Counted from the stretch's first letter, positions 1 to 9,657 are shown. The stretch is 32,000 bases of DNA from Synechocystis sp. PCC 6803 substr. PCC-P (GCF_000284455.1 NC_017039.1:330001-362000); one strand, 5' to 3'. Numbers and translations: made by a program. The notes: generated from the sequence alone by a model not told the origin.

Positions 1-1060
1 CTTCCATGGGCAAAAAGAAGTCGGTGATTTCCGAAACCTGTTGCCGCAAAATTGGCGTATAAATCCGGTTCAAGGCGATCGCCATCATGGCTTCTTCTTT
101 GGGGGGACGACCGCTGAAAGTAGTTAAATAAACGGGATTTTTGCGGTGGGTCAGACACTGGAACCGCACTAGGGGAGAATCCTCCACGCCGCCGTAGTAG
201 CCCATGTGATCGCCAAAGGGGCCATCGGGTAACATTTCGCCGGGGGTAATGGTACCTTCCAGCACAAATTCTGAGTCCGCCGGCACTTCCAAATCGACGG
301 TTTTACATTTAGCTAGGGCCACCCCAGAACCACCGTATAACCCCGCAAATAACCATTCTGACAAATCCACCGGGATCGGTGTGGCCGCCGCCATAATAAT
401 TAATGGATCTACCCCCAAGGCGATCGCCACTTCTAATTTTTTGCCCTGTTCCGCCGCTTTGCGTAAATGCCTGGCCCCTCCCCGCACCGACAGCCAATGG
501 ACCGTCATGGTGGTTTTGGATTGCAGTTGCAGACGATAAACCCCCACATTGGGGGTGCCCGTTTCACAGTCCTTGGTGATCACTAAACCAAGGGTAATAA
601 TTTTGCCCGCATCACCGGGATAGGGCCGGATCAAGGGGATTTGGTTTAAATCGAGATTTTCACCATCGATGACTACTTCTTGGCAGGGGGGAAAGAAGTT
701 ACGCCCTGGTTTGGCCTTGAGCACATCAAACAACACTTTGCCAAAATCAATGGCCTGGGAAATTTTCTTGGGCGGCTTAGGCTGTTGCAACAGGGCTAGC
801 TTTTTGCCCAAATCCTCCAACTCCAGAGGATGGTCCATATTCATGGCCCAACAGATGCGCTCCACTGTGCCCATCAAATTCACCGCCACCGGGAAAGGGG
901 AGCCTTTGACATTCTCAAATAACAGCCCTGGGCCACCGGCCTGTAGCATCCGGTTAGAGATTTCCGCCACTTCCAAATCGGGATCCACCTCAGCGGTAAT
1001 GCGGCGCAACTGCCCCCGTGTTTCCAACAACTGGATGAATCCCCGTAAATCTCTGGCCAT
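1..1060 (-). CDS. UbiD-family (3-polyprenyl-4-hydroxybenzoate-type) decarboxylase, 3' part cut by window edge
   Basis: Not in the ORF track because it runs off the window. Minus strand from ATG at 1058-1060 reads MARDLRGFIQLLETRGQLRRITAEVDPDLEVAEISNRMLQAGGPGLLFENVKGSPFPVAVNLMGTVERICWAMNM..., and the same frame is open near the edge (TFSGRPPKEEAMMAIALNRI). Confidence 0.88.
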   Translation of the reverse strand, partial: MARDLRGFIQLLETRGQLRRITAEVDPDLEVAEISNRMLQAGGPGLLFENVKGSPFPVAVNLMGTVERICWAMNMDHPLELEDLGKKLALLQQPKPPKKISQAIDFGKVLFDVLKAKPGRNFFPPCQEVVIDGENLDLNQIPLIRPYPGDAGKIITLGLVITKDCETGTPNVGVYRLQLQSKTTMTVHWLSVRGGARHLRKAAEQGKKLEVAIALGVDPLIIMAAATPIPVDLSEWLFAGLYGGSGVALAKCKTVDLEVPADSEFVLEGTITPGEMLPDGPFGDHMGYYGGVEDSPLVRFQCLTHRKNPVYLTTFSGRPPKEEAMMAIALNRIYTPILRQQVSEITDFFLPME

Positions 1061-1143
1061 GGCTGATGTCTAAACAAATACGCTCTCTAGCTTAACGGGT
1101 TTAGCCCGACCAGGATGGCGATCTCCAACGAGAATTTGCCGCT

Positions 1144-3027
1144 ATGCTAGGGGTTGACAATGATAGACGGCAAAAATTGTTGAAAACTTTTCATCCCCTT
1201 ACGGCGATCGCCGTCACTCCCCAAGCCGTTAAATTGCTTCTGCCCGTGGTGGAAACGTTGACGGGAAAATTGCTTTTATCAAAATCTTTGGCAGAGGAAT
1301 TAGAGCTTGGCAAAAATTCCCTAGTGGAAACCTATGGCGATTCTTTGGCAACGGCTGTGGCAGAACGCTGGAATAACCATCAAGCCTTTATTTTTGGTTT
1401 AGCCACGGGGGCCGTAGTCCGCTTAATTGCTCCTTTATTGCAAAGTAAACAAAGTGATCCCGCTGTGCTGGTGGTGGATGCCATGGGTCAATCGGTGATT
1501 AGTTTACTCAGCGGCCACCAAGGGGGAGGCGATCGCCTGGCGCAGATAGTGGCGGAACAGTTGCAGGCAAAAGCAATTCTCACTGGCGGGGCCAATGGCT
1601 TGGGGCAGATAGCAGTGGATTGTTTAGGCATCCCCTTTGGTTGGCGCAAAGGAAAAGGAGATTGGACAGCGGTAAGTTCTGCTTTGGCCGCTCAAAAATT
1701 AGTAGGAGTAACACAAACGGCGGGGTTAACTCTTTGGCAAAATCATTTACCCCCAGGCCATGGTTTTACTTTTTCTGGAACTAAGGAGACGACGGCAACC
1801 TTATTAATCACCGTTCAAGAAAGTAATTTGGAAAAACTGAATAAACCCATGGCCCCATGGCATCCCCGACTGTTATGGATTGGCGTTGGCTGTGTGCGGG
1901 GTACGGATTTAGCTTTGTTAGAACGGGCTTTGTTAGAAGTTTTAGAACGGGAAAATTTAAGCCCTTTGGCGATCGCGGGCCTGGCCAGTGTCCATTTAAA
2001 AGCCGACGAAGTGGGAATGCAACAATTCGCCCAAAAATACGATTTGCCCTTTTTCACTTTTCCCCCAGAACAGTTAGCGGCCCAGGCTGTCCCCAATCCC
2101 TCCGAGGTGGTTCTTCAAGAAGTGGGTACCCCCAGTGTGGCGGAAGCGGCGGCATTAACGGCGGCTCAAATGTATAGCCAAGGGGGAAAATTGATAGCGG
2201 AAAAAGTAATTGTTAAACAACACAACCAAGCAGTAACAGTGGCGATCGCCAAGGGAGAAAGGGAATACATCGGCAAACCGGGACAGTTATGGTTAGTGGG
2301 CACCGGGCCCGGAGAATTAAGCCAAATTTCCCCAGCGGCCCGAACGGCTATTAGAGAAGCAGACGTGCTCATTGGCTACGGACTTTATTTAGATTTGATT
2401 GATCCTCTACGACGACCCGGCCAAATTTGTGAAACGTTCCCCCTCACCCAGGAGCGGCAACGGTGTCAGCGAGCCATTGAGTTGGCCCAATGGGGTTTAA
2501 CGGTGGCGGTGCTATCCTCCGGGGATTGTGGCATTTACGGCATGGCTGGGCTAGTGTTGGAAGAACTGGAGAAATTAAATTGGGATGGGCAAACCCCCGC
2601 AGTGGAAGTTTTTCCCGGCATTAGTGCCTTCCAAGCAGCGGCGGCCCGGGTGGGTGCTCCCCTGATGCACGACTTTTGCGCCATTAGCCTCAGCGATTTG
2701 CTTACCCCCAAAGAAAAAATTCTGCAACGGTTAACGGCGGCGGCCCAGGCGGATTTTGTCACCGCTCTGTATAACCCCAAATCCCAAAAGCGCACCGAGT
2801 TGATTGAACAGGCCCAAGCTATTTTCCTACAATGGCGATCGCCAACCACTCCGGTGGCCCTGGTGCGTTCCGTTTATCGCCAAGATGAAACCATTGTGCG
2901 TACCACGTTGGCGGCAATGCTGAACTTTCCCATTGATATGCTGACGGTGGTGCTCATCGGCAACAGTAACACCTACAATTATCAAGATTATTTGATTACT
3001 CCCCGGGGCTATTATGCCAATGCCTAG
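1144..3027 (+). CDS. cobJ: Fused cobalamin biosynthesis protein: CbiG-like domain plus precorrin-3B C17-methyltransferase (CobJ/CbiH)
   Basis: 627 aa ORF. N-terminal part has the CbiG-like AIAVTPQAVKL / GLATGAVVRLIAPLL / LSGHQGGGDRLA region. C-terminal part has the tetrapyrrole methylase signature LVGTGPGELSQISPAARTAIREADVLIGYGLYLDLI and SSGDCGIYGMAGLVLE. Confidence 0.93.
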   Translation: MLGVDNDRRQKLLKTFHPLTAIAVTPQAVKLLLPVVETLTGKLLLSKSLAEELELGKNSLVETYGDSLATAVAERWNNHQAFIFGLATGAVVRLIAPLLQSKQSDPAVLVVDAMGQSVISLLSGHQGGGDRLAQIVAEQLQAKAILTGGANGLGQIAVDCLGIPFGWRKGKGDWTAVSSALAAQKLVGVTQTAGLTLWQNHLPPGHGFTFSGTKETTATLLITVQESNLEKLNKPMAPWHPRLLWIGVGCVRGTDLALLERALLEVLERENLSPLAIAGLASVHLKADEVGMQQFAQKYDLPFFTFPPEQLAAQAVPNPSEVVLQEVGTPSVAEAAALTAAQMYSQGGKLIAEKVIVKQHNQAVTVAIAKGEREYIGKPGQLWLVGTGPGELSQISPAARTAIREADVLIGYGLYLDLIDPLRRPGQICETFPLTQERQRCQRAIELAQWGLTVAVLSSGDCGIYGMAGLVLEELEKLNWDGQTPAVEVFPGISAFQAAAARVGAPLMHDFCAISLSDLLTPKEKILQRLTAAAQADFVTALYNPKSQKRTELIEQAQAIFLQWRSPTTPVALVRSVYRQDETIVRTTLAAMLNFPIDMLTVVLIGNSNTYNYQDYLITPRGYYANA

Positions 3028-3129
3028 AAAAAAACAGTCAATTACTGGAGCGGTGCTCAAGCCCTCTAATCCCATAATTTTCAAGGTACCCTGAATAGAA
3101 GTGAGTCCGTTGACCGGGAGTATTTTCCA

Positions 3130-4485
3130 ATGAAGCTGGTGAAGGATGTACAACTGAGGCGTTATACCCCTCCCACCTGTACTTTAGAGTTGTGGCAAAC
3201 TCGACGGGTATGGCAAAGACCTCCCCAAACTTTGCCGGCGGATTATCGTTTTGCGCTCCATTTTGACGATCCCCGTTTGCCGGAAGTAGAACAATTAACT
3301 TTGTCTGGCACACCGGAGGAGTTGGAAGCCCTCGCTTTAGCGGTGGAAACCTATCTCCAGCAACGGCTTAACCCCTGTGCTTCCTTGGAACCAAGCACCT
3401 ATCCGGAACCAGTATTTAATGCGGACGGTGAACCTTCTTTTTGCCTACGACCCCAGGGATTATGGAGCCATGAACTTTTGGGGATGGGGGCTCCCATTAC
3501 CCTCAATACTTCCCAGTTGTACGATCTGATGCTGGCCTTGGAAGGTTTCCGTCTCCAGGATTTAGAGCCGAGCCGGATGTCAGTGCTCATGGCCAGAGAA
3601 CAGTCGCCTAAAGCATTGGTCTTAGCCGGAATGGTAGCAGCCGGTAGTGTGGCGGCGATCGCCATAGCGGCCCTGTGGATGCGCCAACCCCAACCCGAAG
3701 TGGCGGTGCAGAATAATTTTCAACTGCCAATGCCCAACCAATTTCAGTTTGAGGAAGTTAGCTCTATGGTGCCACCACCACCGAGGGGCGATACCCCCTC
3801 CCCTCAATTGGCCCCAATCCTAGCTTTACGGGATCCTCTGCCTTCCCCCAGTGCCGTGCTAGCTGCTGCTCCCCCTCCCCGTAATCCTAATATTCCCCTA
3901 GTGGTGCCCCCAGAAAGGGTGCGTCCCCCTGATTTACAAGCTCCAGGAGCCCCAGGGGAAACCTATATTGCCATTCCTGATCCCACTAATCTACAACCCC
4001 TGACACCGCCGCCAGAACCGTCTTACCCCGGTGCCTTGGCTATTTTGCCCCGCCCCGACGGTCAACCCCTACCCTATGGTGGCGAGATATTGTCCACTAC
4101 CCCCGATTTACCGCCTCTGCCCCCTGCTTCTAATCCCGTTAGTTTTAGGCCGCCTCGACCCCGTGCTGTGCCACCCCGTTCCACCAATTTACTGGACACC
4201 ATTCCCCAGGTGGCGGAAGTGCGTAAGTTCTATCAAGAGCAGTGGCAACCGCCGGAAGATCAAACCCAAACGTTGGAATATCGCCTACAAATTGATCCCA
4301 GTGGGACGGTGAAGAGAACCATGCCCCTAGGCCGAGCCGCTAGCATTTACATGGCCCGCCTGCCCCAACCTGCCCCTGGGGAACCGTTGGTCTCTCCCCT
4401 CGCCGATGACAGGATGGAAACCATTCGCTTAGTACTTACTCCCCTGGGAGATGTGAAGGCTTTTCTGGAAGATCAACCCCAATAG
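3130..4485 (+). CDS. DUF4335-like cyanobacterial protein with one TM segment and a Pro-rich region
   Basis: 451 aa ORF MKLVKDVQLRRYTPPTCTLELW..., TM segment ALVLAGMVAAGSVAAIAIAALWM, then a long proline-rich tract. Confidence 0.8.
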   Translation: MKLVKDVQLRRYTPPTCTLELWQTRRVWQRPPQTLPADYRFALHFDDPRLPEVEQLTLSGTPEELEALALAVETYLQQRLNPCASLEPSTYPEPVFNADGEPSFCLRPQGLWSHELLGMGAPITLNTSQLYDLMLALEGFRLQDLEPSRMSVLMAREQSPKALVLAGMVAAGSVAAIAIAALWMRQPQPEVAVQNNFQLPMPNQFQFEEVSSMVPPPPRGDTPSPQLAPILALRDPLPSPSAVLAAAPPPRNPNIPLVVPPERVRPPDLQAPGAPGETYIAIPDPTNLQPLTPPPEPSYPGALAILPRPDGQPLPYGGEILSTTPDLPPLPPASNPVSFRPPRPRAVPPRSTNLLDTIPQVAEVRKFYQEQWQPPEDQTQTLEYRLQIDPSGTVKRTMPLGRAASIYMARLPQPAPGEPLVSPLADDRMETIRLVLTPLGDVKAFLEDQPQ

Positions 4486-4500
4486 TCCGCACCATCCAAC

Positions 4501-4533
4501 AAAAAAAGGCCCGCTGGTTTTTCCGTCGGGCCT
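4501..4533 (-). terminator. Rho-independent terminator for the minus-strand DAHP synthase gene
   Basis: Inverted repeat AGGCCCG (4507-4513) / CGGGCCT (4527-4533) flanked by A7 at 4501-4507, which reads as T7 after the hairpin on the minus strand. Located just past the stop at 4568. Confidence 0.8.
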
Positions 4534-4567
4534 GGTTTAATCTGTTTTAGTTTTACAGCGCGAATTC

Positions 4568-5623
4568 CTAGGCCAGGGCCGCTACTTTAGGCCAACGTCC
4601 TACAGTTTGCCCAATAACCGCCAATTGCTTCATGGTTTCGTCGAAGCGGTCGGGGGTCAAAGATTGGGGCCCATCGGACATAGCTTTAGCCGGGTTGGGA
4701 TGCACTTCAATCATCAAGGAGTCTGTCCCCGCGGCGATCGCCGCCATGGCCATGGAGGGCACATACTCGGATTTACCGGTGCCGTGGCTGGGGTCGATCA
4801 TAATGGGCAGGTGCGTAAGGGAGCGCAGGACAGGCAACACCGACAAATCAAGGCAATTGCGGGTGTAATGGCCGTCAAAGGTGCGAATGCCCCGCTCACA
4901 AAGAATCACGTTGGGATTACCCGCCGCGAGAATGTATTCTGCCGCCATTAACCATTCATCAATGGTGGCCGCCATGCCCCGCTTTAACAGCACTGGCTTA
5001 TCCTGGGCCCCTACCTTTTTCAGCATGGAGAAATTCTGCATATTGCGGGCACCCACTTGGATTACATCCGCCACTTCCGCAATGATTTCTAAATCCGCCG
5101 CATCCATCACTTCGGTGATAATGCCCAAACCAGTGGCTTCCTTAGCTGCTGCCAACAGACCTAGAGCACTTTCCCCATGACCTTGGAAAGCGTAGGGAGA
5201 GGTACGGGGTTTGAAGGCGCCGCCCCGTAAAAACTGGGCCCCGGCCGCCTTAACTCGACGGGCCGTTTCCACAATCATGGTTTCATTTTCCACCGAACAG
5301 GGGCCTGCTACCACAGCCACCGGATGGTTTTTGCCGATCGCCACGGGGCCAGCGGGGGTAGAAACGATTACTTCACTGTATTCCCCATGGCGGAAAGTCA
5401 AACTAGCCCGTTTAAAAGGTTGTTCCACCCGTAATACATCTTCAATCCAGGGGCTAACCTCTTGGATTTGCAAAGGATCAAGTCCGGCTGTTTCCCCCAC
5501 CAACCCCATCACAACTTTGTGCTTACCAACAATCTTTTCGGGGGTGAGGCCCCGTTCGGCAAACTCCTTACCAATGCGCTCAATTTCTATTTCTGGGGTG
5601 CCGACTTTCATGACGACGATCAT
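4568..5623 (-). CDS. 3-deoxy-7-phosphoheptulonate (DAHP) synthase, type with N-terminal ferredoxin-like domain
   Basis: 351 aa. VAVVAGPCSVENETMIVETARRVKAAGAQFLRGGAFKPRTSPYAFQG, QVGARNMQNFSMLKKVG, KPVLLKRGMAATIDEWLMAAEYI, PIMIDPSHGTGK are diagnostic for AroF/AroG/KDO8P-synthase-like DAHP synthase. Confidence 0.93.
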   Translation of the reverse strand: MIVVMKVGTPEIEIERIGKEFAERGLTPEKIVGKHKVVMGLVGETAGLDPLQIQEVSPWIEDVLRVEQPFKRASLTFRHGEYSEVIVSTPAGPVAIGKNHPVAVVAGPCSVENETMIVETARRVKAAGAQFLRGGAFKPRTSPYAFQGHGESALGLLAAAKEATGLGIITEVMDAADLEIIAEVADVIQVGARNMQNFSMLKKVGAQDKPVLLKRGMAATIDEWLMAAEYILAAGNPNVILCERGIRTFDGHYTRNCLDLSVLPVLRSLTHLPIMIDPSHGTGKSEYVPSMAMAAIAAGTDSLMIEVHPNPAKAMSDGPQSLTPDRFDETMKQLAVIGQTVGRWPKVAALA

Positions 5624-5818
5624 GACAAACTTCCTCTATTCGATAGGTTGGGACAGGGAGGGTTAAAAGCTTAGCTAAAGGTCTGACAGTAAATGCGGAC
5701 TCGAAAAGCCGATGCTAATGCTAATTTTAACGAAATTATTTTGACCAACAGGACTGGGCAATTATTATTGACCAATTGTTAACTTTGTTAACGAAAATTT
5801 ACAAATTCTGAGTTTTGT

Positions 5819-6295
5819 TCAACGATCGCCATTGTCCTGGGCCGTTTGTTGGGCGTTGCGCCAGACAGCGATGGTACGACTGAGGTTGAGGCGAAATTCC
5901 GGCCAGCCCCAGACACTGCCAGGCTCATCTTCCCAGGAGGTGGAAAAAATGCCATAGCTTAAGCCCACCACCCCTAGACCAAAAAAGAGCAGACTCACCG
6001 AAAACACCACATAGGTGGGAATCTCAAACCAGTCCCGGCTCACAACAAGATAAAAAAGCACAAAGGATAACATGCCCAGCCCAGTGGGAATGCCGGAGAA
6101 CAGGGCCATGCGTTTAACCATCCTTTGGCTCACCACGGCGGGAATGCCACTGTCTGCTGAACGGCGGCCCTTTTTATCTTTGGCTCCGCTGGTTTTAGTG
6201 CTCGGAGCCACCACTGCAGGGGGCTTTTTTTCAACCTTTTTCTTTTTTGATTTCCGCTCAAAAGGAAGACGGTCTCGATTGGTGGGGTCAGCCAT
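5819..6295 (-). CDS. PAM68-like (DUF3464) thylakoid/PSII assembly-related membrane protein
   Basis: 158 aa. Basic N-terminus, VSQRMVKRMALFSGIPTGLGMLSFVLFY, LLFFGLGVVGLSYGIFSTSWEDEPGSVWGWPEFRLN. Confidence 0.85.
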   Translation of the reverse strand: MADPTNRDRLPFERKSKKKKVEKKPPAVVAPSTKTSGAKDKKGRRSADSGIPAVVSQRMVKRMALFSGIPTGLGMLSFVLFYLVVSRDWFEIPTYVVFSVSLLFFGLGVVGLSYGIFSTSWEDEPGSVWGWPEFRLNLSRTIAVWRNAQQTAQDNGDR

Positions 6296-6312
6296 GGGAA
6301 AAATGCAAAAAC

Positions 6313-6582
6313 TTAACGACGGATACCGAGGCGTTTGATCAGGGCTTGGTAACGTTCTGGTTCCCGGGCATTGATGAAGCTTAATAGACGCTTACGACGA
6401 CCAATCATTTTGAGCAGGCCCCGACGGGAAGCGTGGTCTTTGGGGTTAGCTTTGAGGTGCCCTGTGAGCTGGGTAATTCTTTCTGTCAAGAAGGCCACTT
6501 GCAGATCAGCGGACCCAGTATCAGTCTCGTGGGCTTGATACTCGGTCATCAATTCTTGTTTACGGATTTGGGTTAAGGACAT
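6313..6582 (-). CDS. rpsO: 30S ribosomal protein S15
   Basis: 89 aa. ETDTGSADLQVAFLTERITQLTGHLKANPKDHASRRGLLKMIGRRKRLLSFI is canonical S15. Confidence 0.98.
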   Translation of the reverse strand: MSLTQIRKQELMTEYQAHETDTGSADLQVAFLTERITQLTGHLKANPKDHASRRGLLKMIGRRKRLLSFINAREPERYQALIKRLGIRR

Positions 6583-6746
6583 AGTCTCTGTGGAAAAAAC
6601 CTAGGCTGTAAAGTATTGGGCGATAAATTTCGTTGCAATCTCTTACTATATCACGTTTGCCGGAGGGCTCCTTTCCATCACGAAAAGGGAAAGTTATCGA
6701 CAACCAAAGACGTTGGGGGGCAAATCATTCCAGATTCAAATCAGAT

Positions 6747-7772
6747 CTAAAACAGATAACTATGGGCCAAACTGAGCAGAAAGGTTAACTGGCCTGTCAG
6801 GAGGAGCAGATAGATAACAATGCGCCGTTGGAAAACGGAAAGCAATAGCCCGATGCTTTTGACATCAATCATGGGGCCAAAGACTAAAAATGCTAACAGG
6901 GAGCTACTAGTGAAGGTGGAAACAAAGGAGAGGGCAAAAAATGAGTCCACTGTGGAACAGACCGATACCACCACCGATAGCAACATCATGGCCAAAATGG
7001 AGCTAATGGTGCCTTGTCCCAACAGTAAAATCCATTCCCTGGGAATGAAAACTTGGATGACGGCGGCGATTAAACTGCCTAAAATTAGCATGCCGCCCAA
7101 TTCCCGTAATTCCTGCACAATATTGTCGGTGAACATTTCCCAACGGCTGGGGGCAATGGGGGGTAGGAGGGTTTCCACCGCTTGCTCGTCTAATTTCAGC
7201 AGTTGACCGCTGTTACCACTTCCCAAGAGAAAGGTGCCCGATTGCAAAAGGGGGGATTCACAGGCGATCGCCGTGGGGGATTCTTCCGGACGAGTGAGGT
7301 AGGCCAATCTACGACCCAAAGCAGGTTTAAGCAGAGGCACTGCGTCCAACTGACGACTAAACACCCAACTGACAATCACAGTAATAATCAGGGAGCAGAC
7401 TACCCGGGCCACTACCATGCCCGGTTGATCCCGAAAAGCCACCCAGGTGGACCAAATCACAATCGGATTAATGGTGGGAGCAGCCAACAAAAATGCCACT
7501 GCTACCGAAGGGGGCAAACCCTGCATCAAAAATCTTCTGGCCACGGGCACATTGCCACACTCACACACCGGAAACATAAACCCCACCAAGCTACCGGCGA
7601 TCGCCCCGAGGAAAGGATTACGGGGAATATAGGCAATTAGCTTTTTTTCATCGCTGAAGACTAATAGGGCACTGGAGAGCACTACCCCAAAGGTGAGGAA
7701 GGGGATGGCCTCCACCAGCAAGCTCAAAAAAATAGTAAAGGCTTCGTGCAATTGGGTCATAGATTTAAGCAA
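6747..7772 (-). CDS. Multi-pass permease, YraQ/ArsP (DUF318/UPF0718) family
   Basis: 341 aa. LLVEAIPFLTFGVVLSS, GFMFPVCECGNVPVARRFLMQGLPPSVAVAFLLAAPTINPIVIWSTW, SVDSFFALSFVSTFTSSSLLAFLVFGPMIDVKS. Confidence 0.88.
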   Translation of the reverse strand: MLKSMTQLHEAFTIFLSLLVEAIPFLTFGVVLSSALLVFSDEKKLIAYIPRNPFLGAIAGSLVGFMFPVCECGNVPVARRFLMQGLPPSVAVAFLLAAPTINPIVIWSTWVAFRDQPGMVVARVVCSLIITVIVSWVFSRQLDAVPLLKPALGRRLAYLTRPEESPTAIACESPLLQSGTFLLGSGNSGQLLKLDEQAVETLLPPIAPSRWEMFTDNIVQELRELGGMLILGSLIAAVIQVFIPREWILLLGQGTISSILAMMLLSVVVSVCSTVDSFFALSFVSTFTSSSLLAFLVFGPMIDVKSIGLLLSVFQRRIVIYLLLLTGQLTFLLSLAHSYLF

Positions 7773-7860
7773 AGCCAGGCAGAGTCAGCCCAGGGGACAA
7801 AAACTTCCTGAAGCTCACGGTGAGAGGAGCAAAAAACGATAATACCAAACTGCGATCTTT

Positions 7861-8331
7861 CTAGGGTTGGGTAGGGGTAGGCGTCCCCCCGGTCCCCCCG
7901 CCCTGGTTATTGGGTTCCGTCGGTGCCAAAGGGTTTTGGGGTGGGGGTAACTGGGGATTTTTCACCTGTAGTTTAATGGCCTCCAGCAACTGTTTTAGCC
8001 CCTCTTCCTCCGGATAAATTTTCGTCAACTTCTCCATCGGGGCGATCGCCCCGGCCAAATCCCCCATTTGTAAACGAGCTTCCACCAGCCCTTGCAACGC
8101 GTTGGGATTATCCGGTTCCCGTTGCAATACTTTTTCATATCCCCCAGCGACCTCCTTTAAGCGCTCCAGATCTGCCGCTGTGGGTTGTTGCGGTGTCCCC
8201 TGGGATGGACCCTCAGTCTGGTTAGCATTGCCCCTCAACACAGTCAGCATCGGCACTGTCATCATGCCTAGAAAAGCCAACCCTGAAGCAATGATGAAGG
8301 TCTTTTGTAAAATCTTTTTGGTGGAAGCCAT
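7861..8331 (-). CDS. Small TPR-containing protein with N-terminal signal/TM segment; the ORF extends to 8448 but the MASTKKILQ start (about 8331) is more credible
   Basis: TPR-like GGYEKVLQREPDNPNALQGLVEARLQMGDLAGAIAPMEKLTKIYPEEEGLK. Hydrophobic IIASGLAFLGMMTVPML immediately after MASTKKILQKTF. Confidence 0.75.
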   Translation of the reverse strand: MASTKKILQKTFIIASGLAFLGMMTVPMLTVLRGNANQTEGPSQGTPQQPTAADLERLKEVAGGYEKVLQREPDNPNALQGLVEARLQMGDLAGAIAPMEKLTKIYPEEEGLKQLLEAIKLQVKNPQLPPPQNPLAPTEPNNQGGGTGGTPTPTQP

Positions 8332-8502
8332 AGAAAAGGGGAAAATTCCCAATAACAACAAAATTAAGCTGGGGGAGCCGGACTTTCTGCAATCCAATGC
8401 CGATGATAACGCGAGGGCCTGTCGGCAAAGTTTTAGTTTCCCGGCCAAAACTTGGCACTAAATAAAAGCTCCGACAATATTAAAGGGCTTTCAAAACAAG
8501 CT

Positions 8503-9096
8503 TTAGTTAAGAGAAGGCAACGGATAGTAGGAAAAATAACTGTAAACCCCCCCCGCAAAAGCCGAGCCACAGATTAGGGCTAATAATAACAAGCTTTGCC
8601 CCTGGCCCATACCCAGATTACGCAACTCAATCCGACCCAGAATAGCCGCCGCTAGTAGCAACAAAAATGAAGTGAAATAATTAAACCACCGCAGGGCCAC
8701 GACAAAAACAAAACACCAAAACACCATGGACACCATCGACCGCAATTCTGACTTAGCCCAATTGCCCACCACATAGGTCATCAGGGTAATGGGGGTAGTC
8801 AAAGCTAAAGTGGTCAACGTAATGATGAACAGGGTAAAAATATGGATTAAAGCCAGAATCGTCCTTTGATCCAGTTCTATCTGCCAACCCTTGAGGTGTT
8901 CGTGGAACATCGTGCTCCAGGGCACACTGGCCTCGGCCAATCTCCAGCCAAAGGCCACATAGGCAACAATTACCAAAGCAAGGGATAAAAAAGGAATGGA
9001 TTTGAGCCAGGGCATGGACAGTTTCCCCCCAGGGCTGAGGATTATCGTGATCAAAACAGCCAAAAACGAGAAAACGAAGAAGGCATAGTCGGCCAC
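8503..9096 (-). CDS. Conserved integral membrane protein of unknown function
   Basis: 197 aa with several hydrophobic segments (YAFFVFSFLAVLITIILS, FLSLALVIVAYVAFGW, ILALIHIFTLFIITLTTLALTT, MVFWCFVFVVALRWF, LLLLALICGSAFAGG). Confidence 0.75.
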   Translation of the reverse strand: MADYAFFVFSFLAVLITIILSPGGKLSMPWLKSIPFLSLALVIVAYVAFGWRLAEASVPWSTMFHEHLKGWQIELDQRTILALIHIFTLFIITLTTLALTTPITLMTYVVGNWAKSELRSMVSMVFWCFVFVVALRWFNYFTSFLLLLAAAILGRIELRNLGMGQGQSLLLLALICGSAFAGGVYSYFSYYPLPSLN

Positions 9097-9139
9097 AGAA
9101 ACCCACCGCCATCTTCGTTAATCTTCGTGCCAAAACAAA

Positions 9140-9625
9140 TCAGGACATAAACTGAATGATGTAATCAAAATAGGGAGCTGTCTCATTGGCATCCTCTGCA
9201 CTCAACAGTCCCAACGCCGCATCCTTCAGTACAGTTACCGCGTCGACCATCCCTGGCACCGGCACATTTAAGGAGTTGTACATTTCCTTCACACCGATTA
9301 AACCAGTAGTTTCAATGGGTTCTTTGTTGCCCGCTAAAACGCCATAGGTAACTAGGCGCAAATACCAACCGTAATCGCGCAAACACTGATTATATTGCCG
9401 CTGACCGTAGGCATTACCTCCGGGAGCACGGTATTCAGGGTGCTTCTTAAACAGTTGTTTTTGGGCTTGATCGACTATCTTTTTTTCATTTTCGGCCAGG
9501 GTTTCCGCAATGCGAATACGCTGGGCACCGGTGGTTAAAAACGCCTGGATCCCTTTGAGTTCACCGCTAGTGGGGTAGCGGAGTTGATCGTCGGCTTGCA
9601 AAATAACTTGACTAACTACACTCAT
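9140..9625 (-). CDS. apcD: Allophycocyanin alpha-B (ApcD-type) phycobiliprotein
   Basis: 161 aa. [54 protein letters not shown]...[39 protein letters not shown]. Bilin-attachment Cys context [15 protein letters not shown] is present. Confidence 0.95.
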   Translation of the reverse strand: MSVVSQVILQADDQLRYPTSGELKGIQAFLTTGAQRIRIAETLAENEKKIVDQAQKQLFKKHPEYRAPGGNAYGQRQYNQCLRDYGWYLRLVTYGVLAGNKEPIETTGLIGVKEMYNSLNVPVPGMVDAVTVLKDAALGLLSAEDANETAPYFDYIIQFMS

Positions 9626-9657
9626 GATATCAACAAGAATTTCATATCATACTGTAG

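Noticed and set aside
249-1077. ORFs 249-539(+), 309-497(-), 669-1073(+), 880-1077(-)
   Set aside because: All overlap, in other frames or antisense, the partial UbiD-family gene on the minus strand, whose translation has clear family motifs.
1815-3313. ORFs 1815-2096(-), 1857-2177(+), 2166-2372(-), 2535-2849(-), 2827-3153(-), 3038-3313(-)
   Set aside because: Shadow ORFs of the CbiG-CobJ fusion or the start of the DUF4335-like gene, with low-complexity, non-family-like translations.
4607-5674. Plus-strand ORFs opposite the DAHP synthase gene (4607-4951, 4632-4868, 4881-5180, 5211-5666, 5462-5674)
   Set aside because: Antisense to a well-supported enzyme gene, with no plausible domain or start context.
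7203-9133. Plus-strand ORFs 7203-7640, 7447-7632, 8102-8461, 8753-9133
   Set aside because: Opposite the permease, TPR and membrane-protein genes; translations look like antisense by-products.
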